From positions 23,553-87,552 of the forward strand of contig PBPL01000255.1 of the NCBI GenBank assembly GCA_002724675.1: DNA of 64,000 nucleotides, given 5' to 3'. The notes below the pieces were generated by a model. It was not told the DNA's origin, did not search any database, and worked only from the letters and a program-made list of their open reading frames with translations. This DNA is from Deltaproteobacteria bacterium. GTDB lineage: Bacteria; Myxococcota_A; UBA796; UBA9615. The first letter of the stretch is position 1, and each line of letters begins with the position of its first letter. The translations under genes and the position numbers were made by a program. Shown here piece by piece: positions 20,061-29,400 of this stretch.

Positions 20061-20938
20061 CTCTCAATGCGCTCGAGGAACTCTGCCAGCGACTGATTGA
20101 TCTGCTCCGGCTGTTCCACAATCCCAGCGTGGCTGGCCCCTTCGAGCCACACCAGCTGCGCATCGGGGATCCTCTGGACCATTTCCTCGCTCAAGTGAGC
20201 CGGAGTGAACGCGTCGAACTCACCCGCGACCACCAGCATAGGCACGCGCACCTCCGACAAGAGGTCGGCTGCCGTGTGCTCTCCCATCTCTCGGGCGAGG
20301 GCGAAGAAGCGCGGGAAGCCGATGTCCACCAGGTGGCGCATGTACTGCATCAAGTCGTGCTTGGCGATGCGGGATCCATCCACCCACTTGAGCAAGCGCC
20401 CGGCCTCGAAAGAGAACGGAGCCGACACGAGGAGCTTGGAGGTGGTGTCGAACGTGCGGGGGAAGCTCTCGCTCAGCTGGATGATCACGTCGAAGAGCTG
20501 GCGGCTGAAGGGGAGGTCGCTGAACGTGTCGAGGGGATGGCCGTAGGTGCCCAAGATCGACACGATGCCCGCGATGGACTCCGGAGCCTGGCGATAGCGC
20601 TCCAGGGCCACCTGGCAGCCCATGGAGTGTCCCAGCAAGACCGCCTTCTTGATTCCGGCCGCCTCCATGACCGTGCCCAAGTCCCGCGCGCAGAGCCCCA
20701 CGTCCAGAGGATCGCCGGGCTCCAGAACCGAGGAGCGCCCGTGTCCTCTGTAGTCCCAGAGGACCACCGCTCGCTCGGGGGCGAAGTGCCGGGCGAGGTA
20801 CTCCCAAAAGAACGTGGACACGCCCAAACCGTTGTTGCACACGAGGGCGGGCTCGCCCTGGCCCAAGACCCGGAAGAACAACTGAGCACCATCGTCTGTG
20901 CGCGCGAATGCCTGGCGGGTGATTTGAGTAGTCGACAT
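20057..20938 (-). CDS. Alpha/beta-fold hydrolase
   Basis: Nucleophile elbow GHSMGCQVA (GxSxG) and the HGRSS motif, about 293 aa from the internal start MSTTQITRQ… at 20938. The longer ORF starting at 21223 is rejected. Confidence 0.75.
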   Translation of the reverse strand: MSTTQITRQAFARTDDGAQLFFRVLGQGEPALVCNNGLGVSTFFWEYLARHFAPERAVVLWDYRGHGRSSVLEPGDPLDVGLCARDLGTVMEAAGIKKAVLLGHSMGCQVALERYRQAPESIAGIVSILGTYGHPLDTFSDLPFSRQLFDVIIQLSESFPRTFDTTSKLLVSAPFSFEAGRLLKWVDGSRIAKHDLMQYMRHLVDIGFPRFFALAREMGEHTAADLLSEVRVPMLVVAGEFDAFTPAHLSEEMVQRIPDAQLVWLEGASHAGIVEQPEQINQSLAEFLERIES

Positions 20939-21056
20939 GGAACAGATGTTCAGGTATTTTTCACTACAGCGTGTCCTTGTATAGCAGCCCCTGCCGAACC
21001 CGGTCCGACTCACGTCCCCGTGCCTGACATCCCCACTCCTGCCGAAGCGCCCCACC

Positions 21057-23567
21057 ATGCCCGACATCCCCAGACGCCGTGACCTGTCCGACCTAATCCA
21101 GGGCCTCATCACCCAAGGACCCACCGCCGACTGCATCACCGCCCACATCGAGGTGGAGCCTCGGGATGCCGTACTGGAGCCCTTTCCCCCGTGGGTGTCA
21201 CCCAAGCTCGAGTCGGCGCTCAAGGCCGAAGGGGTTCAGCAGCTGTACCGCCACCAGCGGCTGGCGGCCGATGCCGCCCGCGCCGGTGAGGATGTGGTCG
21301 TGGTGACGCCCACCGCCTCGGGCAAGACCCTCTGCTACAACCTGCCTGTCCTACAAGAAATCCTGGAGGACACCAGCACACGAGCCTTCTATCTGTTTCC
21401 CACCAAGGCGCTCAGTCAAGACCAGGTCCACGGGCTCCAGCAGACCATCGACCGCCTGGGCGTCCCGGTCCGCACCTACACCTACGACGGGGACACCCCC
21501 GCAGACGCCCGCACGGCCATTCGCAACCGGGGCCACGTGGTGGTCACCAACCCCGACATGCTCCACGCGGGCATCCTGCCCAACCACCCCCGCTGGCGGC
21601 GGGTGCTTCAAGACCTTCGCTACGTCATCGTCGACGAGATGCACACCTACAGCGGGGTCTTCGGAAGCCACGTGGCCAACGTGCTTCGGCGCCTACAGAG
21701 GCTGTGTGAGTTTTATGGCTCACGGCCCCAGTTCATCTGCAGCTCCGCCACCATCGCCAACCCGGGCGAGCATGCCCATCGGCTCTTGGGCCGCGAGGCC
21801 ACCGTCATTGGTGCCGACGACAACGGGGCGCCCGCTGGGCCCAAGGACTTCATTCTGCTCAACCCCCCGGTGGTGAACCGCGAGCTAGGCATTCGCCGCG
21901 GCGTCATCAACCAGAGCCGAAAGGTGGCCACGCCCTTCATAGACCAGGGCCTCCAGACCATCTGTTTCACGGGTTCTCGCCTCCACACCGAGGTCTTGTC
22001 GCGCTACCTACGAGAGGGCTTCGGCAAGAAGGGCAAGGCTGGAGCCATTGCCTCGTATCGAGGGGGCTATCTGCCCGGCCTCAGGCGGGCCATCGAGAAG
22101 GGCCTGCGCGATGGGGACATCACCTGTGTGGTCTCCACCAACGCCCTCGAGCTGGGCATCGACATCGGGCGGCTCGATGTGGCGGTGTTGGCCGGATATC
22201 CCGGATCGGTGGCATCCACCTTTCAGCAAGCCGGGCGGGCAGGCCGCAGCGACAAGCGCTCGCTCACCGTCCTGGTGGCTCGCAACAGCCCCTTGGATCA
22301 GTACGTCATCGAGCACCCCGAGTTCTTGTTCGAGGGGAAGGCAGAGCACGCTCGATCTGATCCCGACAACCTCATGATCTTGATGGCCCACATCAAGTGC
22401 GCGCTGTACGAACTGCCGTTTACGGACGACGAGCATTTTGGCGACGAAGACCTGCGTGAGATGCTCGACTTCTTGGTGGAGGCAGGCTTGGCCAACGAGC
22501 GCGACGGCACCTATCACTGGGCGCAGGAGAGCTTCCCCGCCGATGGGGTGTCGCTGCGATCGGCCGACCCCGAGAACGTGCTCGTCATCGACACCAGCTC
22601 GGGCGACCGGGTCATCGCCGAGACCGATCGCTTGTCCGCCCAGACCATCTTGCACGAGGGCGCCATCTACATGGTGGAGAGCCGTCCCTATCAAGTAGAC
22701 CGCCTCGACTGGGATCAACAGAAGGCCTACGTTCGCTCGCTGGATGTGGACCACTACACCACCGCCATGAGCTACTCGCGGGTCCGAGTGCTCGACCGCT
22801 TCGACGAAGAGGTGCGCGAGCATGGTGGCACCCGAGCGCACGGCGAGGTGCACGTGGCCCGGCGCACCGTGGGCTACAAGAAGATCAAGCTGTATACGTC
22901 CGAGAACTGCGGCTCCGGCGACGTCCACCTGCCCGACATCGAGATGCACACGACCAGCTTTTGGTTGTCCGTGCCCGGGGAAACGTTAGTGCGCGCTGGC
23001 TACCGCGGCATCGACGTGGTGGACGGGCTCTTGGGCCTAGGCAAGGTGCTCAAGGGGCTGGCAGCGCTGCACCTGCTCTGCGACAGCGGCGATCTGGGCA
23101 TGGCCCTCGCCGATCCAGAAGATTGCTGGGTGGCGGGCGTCGACCGGGGTGGATCACGCAGCCTCCGGCCGCTCGATGACAGCCCCCTGGGCGAGGGCAT
23201 CGCGACCCGCCGAGGCCCCCTCGATCCTGGCTCCCTTCAGCTACAGCAGCCCACCTTGTTCGTCTACGACAGCGTCCCTGGGGGGGTGGGGTTTGCGGAG
23301 AAGCTCTATGAGCTCTGCGACGTCCTGCTGACCCAGGCCCGGGAGCGCATCGCCAGCTGCCGCTGCGAGGCCGGCTGCCCCTCGTGCGTGGGGCCCATTG
23401 GCGAAGTAGACGAGGGTGCGCGCGCCGTAGCGCTCGACCTCTGCGACTGGCTCTGCGGGTTCATTGCGGTTCCCCGAGGACCCGAGGCTGCAGCCGACGC
23501 CTTGGCTCGTTGGCGAGGGCCCGAGCCCCAGGCCAGGGCCACCCCAAGTCCTGCGCCGGCTGGTTGA
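21057..23567 (+). CDS. DExH-box helicase with a C-terminal DUF1998 4-Cys domain (MrfA/YprA-like; same architecture as DISARM DrmA)
   Basis: Motif I VVVTPTASGKT, motif II VIVDEMH, motif VI FQQAGRAGR. C-terminal CRCEAGCPSCVGPIGE is a 4-Cys zinc-finger-like motif. Confidence 0.8.
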   Translation: MPDIPRRRDLSDLIQGLITQGPTADCITAHIEVEPRDAVLEPFPPWVSPKLESALKAEGVQQLYRHQRLAADAARAGEDVVVVTPTASGKTLCYNLPVLQEILEDTSTRAFYLFPTKALSQDQVHGLQQTIDRLGVPVRTYTYDGDTPADARTAIRNRGHVVVTNPDMLHAGILPNHPRWRRVLQDLRYVIVDEMHTYSGVFGSHVANVLRRLQRLCEFYGSRPQFICSSATIANPGEHAHRLLGREATVIGADDNGAPAGPKDFILLNPPVVNRELGIRRGVINQSRKVATPFIDQGLQTICFTGSRLHTEVLSRYLREGFGKKGKAGAIASYRGGYLPGLRRAIEKGLRDGDITCVVSTNALELGIDIGRLDVAVLAGYPGSVASTFQQAGRAGRSDKRSLTVLVARNSPLDQYVIEHPEFLFEGKAEHARSDPDNLMILMAHIKCALYELPFTDDEHFGDEDLREMLDFLVEAGLANERDGTYHWAQESFPADGVSLRSADPENVLVIDTSSGDRVIAETDRLSAQTILHEGAIYMVESRPYQVDRLDWDQQKAYVRSLDVDHYTTAMSYSRVRVLDRFDEEVREHGGTRAHGEVHVARRTVGYKKIKLYTSENCGSGDVHLPDIEMHTTSFWLSVPGETLVRAGYRGIDVVDGLLGLGKVLKGLAALHLLCDSGDLGMALADPEDCWVAGVDRGGSRSLRPLDDSPLGEGIATRRGPLDPGSLQLQQPTLFVYDSVPGGVGFAEKLYELCDVLLTQARERIASCRCEAGCPSCVGPIGEVDEGARAVALDLCDWLCGFIAVPRGPEAAADALARWRGPEPQARATPSPAPAG

Positions 23568-23574
23568 GCGCCCC

Positions 23575-25083
23575 ATGGGCAGGCTGCGCGAGCGCCTTCG
23601 ACGCCAGCTGGGCGATCCCGCAAAGCTCCGACCGGGGAGGGGGGCGATGGATCCGTCGATCGACCCCCCAGCAGGAACTGCGGCGCAAGCTGCTCAAGTC
23701 CAGGCCATGGAACAGCCCGCCCGCGCGGCGTGGGTCGGGGTGCCACCGCAAGACGGCTGCTTGCCACCCATCCACAGAGCGGTGCGGCAAGAGAGCCGCG
23801 GAGGCTTCGTGTACGGCGAGGTGCAGCTGCCCCATGCCTGGCAACACGGCGGCCTCCCCCTGGCTGCCGTTGCTCAACTGAGCGGGGACGCTGCTGTCTT
23901 GTTGTCGGGGGACATTGCACTGGCCGACTTCGACCCCAGCCGGGCGCTGTTCTTTGACCTGGAGACGACGGGACTACCGGGACGCTGGGACGATCGGAGT
24001 CACCAGTACCGGGCAGCCCATGGTCGGCGCAACGCCACCGGCTCGGTGCTCGCTTTCTTGGTGGGCACGGTCCGAATTGGTCCGGATGGTGGCGTCACAC
24101 TGCGCCAATACCTGCTCCGGCAGCAGCCCGACGAGCCCGCTGTGCTCGATGCCATTCAGGCCGCACTGGCCGAGGTGGACTTCCTCGTTTCGTTCAACGG
24201 CAAGTCGTTCGATCGCAACATCCTGGCCGATCGCTTCGCCCGAAACCGCATGGACTCGTCCCGGGTCTTGGCGCTGCCCCACCTGGATCTACTGCACCCC
24301 TCCCGCAGACTCTACTCCCAGGTACTGTCCCGCTGTTCCCTGGGCACGCTGGAGACCCATGTGCTGGGCCTGGATCGCCCAGACGGCGAGGTCAGCGGGG
24401 CAGAGGTTCCCATGCTGTGGGACCGCTACCTGGCCACTGGCAAGCCCGGGATCCTGGGTCCGGTTCTCGACCACAACACACTAGACCTCCTGAGTCTGGT
24501 CACCTTGGGCGGTCACCTGGCCGACTGTGTCCGACGCCCAGAAACGACGCTGCCCGAGCCGCAGGCCCTGGCCCAAGCGGCGCGACTCATGCTGCAGCGA
24601 GGCGACGAGCAGCGGGGCGAGCGGCTCCTCAGACGACTCCTGAGCCAGCGGGCGCTTCAGCAAGTCGTCGAGTCCCAGGGTGGCGACCTCCAGGAGAGGC
24701 CTGACACCCAGCCATTCGACCCGGTGATCTACGGCGCGTCGTGGGTGCTCGCCGAGCATCTGCGGCGACAGGCTCGGCACGACGAGGCCCTCCCTGTCTT
24801 GCTCTCCATGTGCGCCGCAGCAGGCCCGTTCGACCTTCGCCCCTGGCGGGCAGCCGCCATCGCCTTGGAGCGACGCCTGGGCCAACCGGGTGAGGCGCTG
24901 GCGCTCGTCGACCGAGCCCTCGCTCAGTGCCCCATCCCCGACAGTTCGAGCGAAGCCCATCAGGACGCATCCGCCCCAGACCACGCCGAGTTGATGCGGC
25001 GCAAGATCCGCCTCAAAAAGCGCTTAGAGACCCTGCCTTCGGCAAAGAAAGCTACGATCGCACCAGCTCCGACGGGCCGCTGA
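23575..25083 (+). CDS. RNase H-like DEDD 3'-5' exonuclease with a C-terminal TPR-like region (MrfB/YprB-like)
   Basis: Exo I motif LFFDLETTGLPG. The C-terminal helical-repeat region is Leu/Ala/Arg-rich. It lies immediately downstream of the helicase. The ATG at 23575 is preferred over the upstream start at 23464, which would overlap the helicase by 100 nt. Confidence 0.6.
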   Translation: MGRLRERLRRQLGDPAKLRPGRGAMDPSIDPPAGTAAQAAQVQAMEQPARAAWVGVPPQDGCLPPIHRAVRQESRGGFVYGEVQLPHAWQHGGLPLAAVAQLSGDAAVLLSGDIALADFDPSRALFFDLETTGLPGRWDDRSHQYRAAHGRRNATGSVLAFLVGTVRIGPDGGVTLRQYLLRQQPDEPAVLDAIQAALAEVDFLVSFNGKSFDRNILADRFARNRMDSSRVLALPHLDLLHPSRRLYSQVLSRCSLGTLETHVLGLDRPDGEVSGAEVPMLWDRYLATGKPGILGPVLDHNTLDLLSLVTLGGHLADCVRRPETTLPEPQALAQAARLMLQRGDEQRGERLLRRLLSQRALQQVVESQGGDLQERPDTQPFDPVIYGASWVLAEHLRRQARHDEALPVLLSMCAAAGPFDLRPWRAAAIALERRLGQPGEALALVDRALAQCPIPDSSSEAHQDASAPDHAELMRRKIRLKKRLETLPSAKKATIAPAPTGR

Positions 25084-25118
25084 CTGGTAAACAGGGGCCT
25101 GCTGAGGCGACACCCCCG

Positions 25119-26399
25119 ATGCCCAAAGTCCTCCCAATCGCGCTGTGTCTTCTGGGGATCTCGCTCCTCGGCTCGGGCTGTCCGGACTGGCGGGACGTAG
25201 CCCGTAATGCGGATGGGGATGGGGATGGGTCGTTCTATCCCGATGACTGCGCGCCAACGAATCCGGAGATCCACCCGGCGGCCTTTGATCCCATCGGTGA
25301 CGGAGTGGACCAGAATTGCGACGGCACCGATGGCGTGGACCGGGATCGTGACGGCTGGGGAGGGGGCTCGGGCGCTGATTGCAACGATGGCGATCCCAGT
25401 GTCCATCCCGACGCCGAGGACCCCGTGGGCGACAACCGGGACCAGAACTGCGATGGAGTGGACGGTGTGGCTGGGGACGTCGTGGGGGACGACGACGTGG
25501 GCGACGACGACACGACCCACAGCGGCGACGACGACGACGATGATGACGACACCACCAGCCCCCCCCATGGCGATGACGACACCGCTGGTGGCGCCGATGA
25601 TGACGACGCTACCGGCCCAGCCAACGATGATGACGACGACGATGTTGGTCCGGATCCGACCCCGTGCCCCTGCGACTTTGGTCAGCTCTGCGTAGAGGGC
25701 TTGTGCCTGTACTCGGACACGTTTGCCATTGGGCTGTTGGAGGGCAGCAACAACCTGGCCACCGACTACCCCTCCACCAACGCGTGTTTCTGGCGGTCCG
25801 AGTACCTCAGCTCCATCACCGCTGTGCAGGGCGACTGCGTGGCGCGATTTCTGCCGGGCAGCCAGCCGGTCGTTCAGTACGTGGCGTCCAGCGCTGGCGA
25901 GGTCACCGTCACCGGAGGCATGACCGATCCCATCGTCTTTGATGCCAGCGGCAGCGCCGAGTGCCTCGACGCCAACGTCACCGATGGCTTGGAGGACCTG
26001 TTCGAGTCGGGCCAGACTCTGACGTTTGTGGGTTCTGGGGGGGCAGACTTCCCCGAGTTCACAGCCAGCCTGCTGGCACCAGCGCCCATCGAAGGGAGCG
26101 CGACGTCGATTGCGCCAGGCAGCGCGGTGGAGATGTCGTGGGACAGCGGTGACTCGGACTATGTGGAGATCACCGTAGCCACCGAGAGCATCACCGGAGG
26201 CGATCGGCATGCCATCGTGTGCCGCACGGGGGACGTGGGCACCTTCCTGGTACCGCCCTCCATGACGATCACTCTCCCCACCGACAATACGGGCTACACC
26301 GTGTCCTTCTCCCGCAATCGGGTCGCGCACCTGGAGTACGAAGACCTGGCCCGAGTGATCGATGTGGTGGTGCAGACCAGCTGGGTGCAGATGCCGTAA
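25119..26399 (+). CDS. Lipoprotein with MopE-type putative metal-binding Cys motifs and a poly-Asp acidic tract
   Basis: Lipobox LLGSGC. Repeats DQNCDGTDGVDRDRDGW and CNDGDPSVHPDAEDPVGDNRDQNCDGVDG. An acidic tract DDDVGDDDTTHSGDDDDDDDDTTSPPHGDDDTAGGADDDDATGPANDDDDDD. Confidence 0.6.
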   Translation: MPKVLPIALCLLGISLLGSGCPDWRDVARNADGDGDGSFYPDDCAPTNPEIHPAAFDPIGDGVDQNCDGTDGVDRDRDGWGGGSGADCNDGDPSVHPDAEDPVGDNRDQNCDGVDGVAGDVVGDDDVGDDDTTHSGDDDDDDDDTTSPPHGDDDTAGGADDDDATGPANDDDDDDVGPDPTPCPCDFGQLCVEGLCLYSDTFAIGLLEGSNNLATDYPSTNACFWRSEYLSSITAVQGDCVARFLPGSQPVVQYVASSAGEVTVTGGMTDPIVFDASGSAECLDANVTDGLEDLFESGQTLTFVGSGGADFPEFTASLLAPAPIEGSATSIAPGSAVEMSWDSGDSDYVEITVATESITGGDRHAIVCRTGDVGTFLVPPSMTITLPTDNTGYTVSFSRNRVAHLEYEDLARVIDVVVQTSWVQMP

Positions 26400-26418
26400 G
26401 GATCGATCCGCAAGCCGC

Positions 26419-29400
26419 TCAGCGGCTGGCAGTCACGGACCAGCTGCCGTCTACGCAGTCGCTGCAGTCCCCCGTGAACTGGATCGAGACGTCGCCAGCC
26501 AGTGCATCGGCACCGGTGAAGCTGCCCGCCAGGGACCAGGTCGCGGTGCAGGCCCCATGGTTCACCAGCCTGGTGCGCTCCACGAGAAAGACATCTGGGC
26601 TGACAAAGCCACCTTCGAGAGTGCCGGGGTGGGCGGTGTGCGATGCCATGGTCAGTTCATAAGCACCCGCGATGACCGCAGGGTCGATGGCGGCATAGGT
26701 GGGTCGGTACGTCGCGTGCAGCTGCTCGACCACCACCCCGACGCTGCCCGAGTCACAGGTGTAGTTCACGAAGGGCGACAGCCTCCAGAGGCCTGCATAG
26801 GCAGGGGGCTCGAAGGGCGAATGGACCAGGTAGGTCCTGCCCGGGTTGCTGTCGGGGAGGTCGCTGTCGTCCTGGTCAGCACCAATCAGCATGGCAGACA
26901 GGCCGTCGCCATTGACGTCGCCGGCCGTCGCGACGGAGGTGCCACTGCGGTCATAGTGGCCTTCCCCGACAAATGCGGCCCCGGCTTCGCTGAGCGAAAA
27001 GGTCCCTCCAGCAAGCAGGTCGCTGCCATAGAACAGGTAGGTCTTGCCGGTCCTGCTGCCCACGTCGTCGTTACCGTTTGCCCCGATGACGACGTCATCC
27101 AATCCGTCACCATCCACGTCGCCCGCGCTCGACACCGAGGTGCCGCTGTAGTCGAACATATTCTCGCCGAGCAGAACGACATCTGCCGAGAGCAGGTCGT
27201 AGTCCGCCGGGAACCCGGTGGTGCGCCCAAAGACCAGGTAGGTCGCTCCACCGCGGTGGTGTGCGGTGGCATCTTCCTCGGCGCCAATGAGTATGTCCGA
27301 GAGACCATCGCCGTTCACGTCGCCGGCCGTCGCCAAGGAATTGCCTGCCGTGGCACCCTGCTGGCCAATTAGGGCGACATCAGCCTCAGACAGAGACATG
27401 CCCCCGCCCAGCCTGGGCATGCTGGTTGCCCCCAGGATGAGGTAGGCCTTGCCGTATTCATCGTCCACATAGTCGGCGGGAGCGCCGATGAGGACATCGG
27501 CCAGCCCGTCGCCGTCGACGTCGCCGGCACCGTCGACAGCCCATCCGGACTCGCTGTACTCATCGCTCCCTGAGATGACCAGGTCCGCATCAGAGGCGTC
27601 CAGAGGAGCGCTGGGCCCGGCGCTCAGCCAGGCCATGACAGAGCTTCCCAGAAACAGGTAGGACCTCCCGGCCTGGTCTTCATCGGCATCACTGCCGGGG
27701 GCCCCGATGAGTAGATCGGCCAACCCGTCGCCGTCGACATCGCCGGCTCCGGCCACAGAGTTGCCAAAGTAGTCGTAGAGTTCCTCACCCAGGATGGTGA
27801 CCGCGGCTTCACTGAGCGGAAACACCCCACCGGCACCAAGCGCACTTCCAAAAAGCAGGTATGCCGACCCGGCGGTGGCAGGAAACGCGTCGTCGTCACC
27901 CGGCGCACCAATCAGAACATCCGAGAGCCCGTCGCCATCGACATCCCCAGCACTTGACACGGAATAGCCGACCTGCCCGTAGGCAACATCATCTCCGATG
28001 AAAATGGCATGGGCGTCACCGAGGTCTTCACTCCACGCAGCGCCGTCCTCTCTACCCAGCACCAGGTAGGCTTTGCCGCCCTCGATCTGATACTCGGAAT
28101 GGTCAGGGGAGCCGATGAGCAGATCGCCCAGGCCATCGCCGTTGACGTCGCCCGCAGCCACTGCGGATTGCCCACTGTCGTCCAGCTCGACCTCTCCGAC
28201 GAACAGGGGCTCGATGAGCGCCAGGGACGTGCCGAGAATGCCGTCGCAGTTGATGTCGCCGTCGACGTTCGGAGTCTCCCAACCCAGGTTGCTGCCCGGG
28301 TAGACGTCTGGGTCGACGTCGTTGCAGTCCTGCTCACTGCCTGGAGCGTTCTGCGCGTAGCCATCGCCGTCCGCGTCCACCCCTTGGGAGCCGTCGCAGT
28401 TGGCGTCCAACTCATCCCAGGGATCGAAGACGCTGAGGTTGATGAGCGGATCGTCGTCGTCGCAGTCCTCACCACCACTGTCCCCCGATGCCCAACCGTC
28501 CCCATCGCTGTCCACGCCATCGATACCATCGCAGTTGGAGTCAATCTCCTCCACGTCGATCAGATCGAGGCTGTCTGGGTTCGGGTGGACCGAAGGGTCG
28601 TCGGGATCACAGTCCCAGTCCGGGTGGGTGGGAGTCGCGTTGTCGGGCCAGCCATCGCCGTCGTCGTCAATGCCGTCAATGCCGTCGCAGTTCTGGTCGA
28701 TGGTGTCTCCGTGCAGGTCGGCCGCGCCCGGGTAGGTATAGAGGCCCAGGGTCCCGTCGTCGCAGTCCAGTGCGCAGCTGGACACCCCGTCCCCATCAAC
28801 ATCTAGGGTCTCGACCGTCCCATCGCTGTCGTCGCAATCCGAACACGACGGGTCGCCGTCGCCGTCGAGATCCTGCTCCTGCCCCGCGTCCGCCCAGGTG
28901 GTCGGGTCGCAGTCGGTGTCCAGGCCGTCGCAGAGCTCAGCGGCATCGGGGCGGACATGGAAGTTGGCGTCGTCGCAGTCCCCATCACAGGCCATGACCT
29001 CGTCGCTGTCGCCATCCAACTCTTGATCAGGAACCAGCCCGTCGCAGTCGTTGTCCAGCCCGTCGCACAGCTCGGGGAAGTTGGCCCCCATGGTGGCACT
29101 CTCATCGTTGCAGTCACCCTCGCAGGGCATGTGACCGTCCTCGTCGGCATCGGTCTCGTACGAGCCAGGCCCACCGTCGCAGTCGTTGTCCTGGCCGTCG
29201 CAGGCCTCGTTACCACCCAGGAAGTTGGCGGAGTCGGCGTCGTCGCAGTCCCCCGCGCACCCCATCATGCCGTCGCCATCGCCGTCCTCTTCGCCGTCCT
29301 CGGCATCGGCCAGCCCGTTGCAGTCGTTGTCTTCGCCGTCGCACAGCTCGGCCGCCCCCGGGGTATTGCTGGCATCGGAATCGTCGCAGTCGACACAGCT

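Noticed and set aside
20939-21223. N-terminal extension of about 95 aa of the alpha/beta hydrolase ORF
   Set aside because: The extension is Gly/Arg/Ser-rich with no hydrolase homology and would abolish the divergent promoter region. An internal ATG at 20938 gives a canonical-length protein of about 293 aa.
21057-25083. Assignment of the helicase-DUF1998 gene to a DISARM defence system
   Set aside because: No DrmB (stand-alone DUF1998), DrmC (PLD) or methyltransferase is adjacent. The downstream partner is a DEDD exonuclease, which fits the MrfA/MrfB repair pair instead. Kept only as an alternative in the finding.
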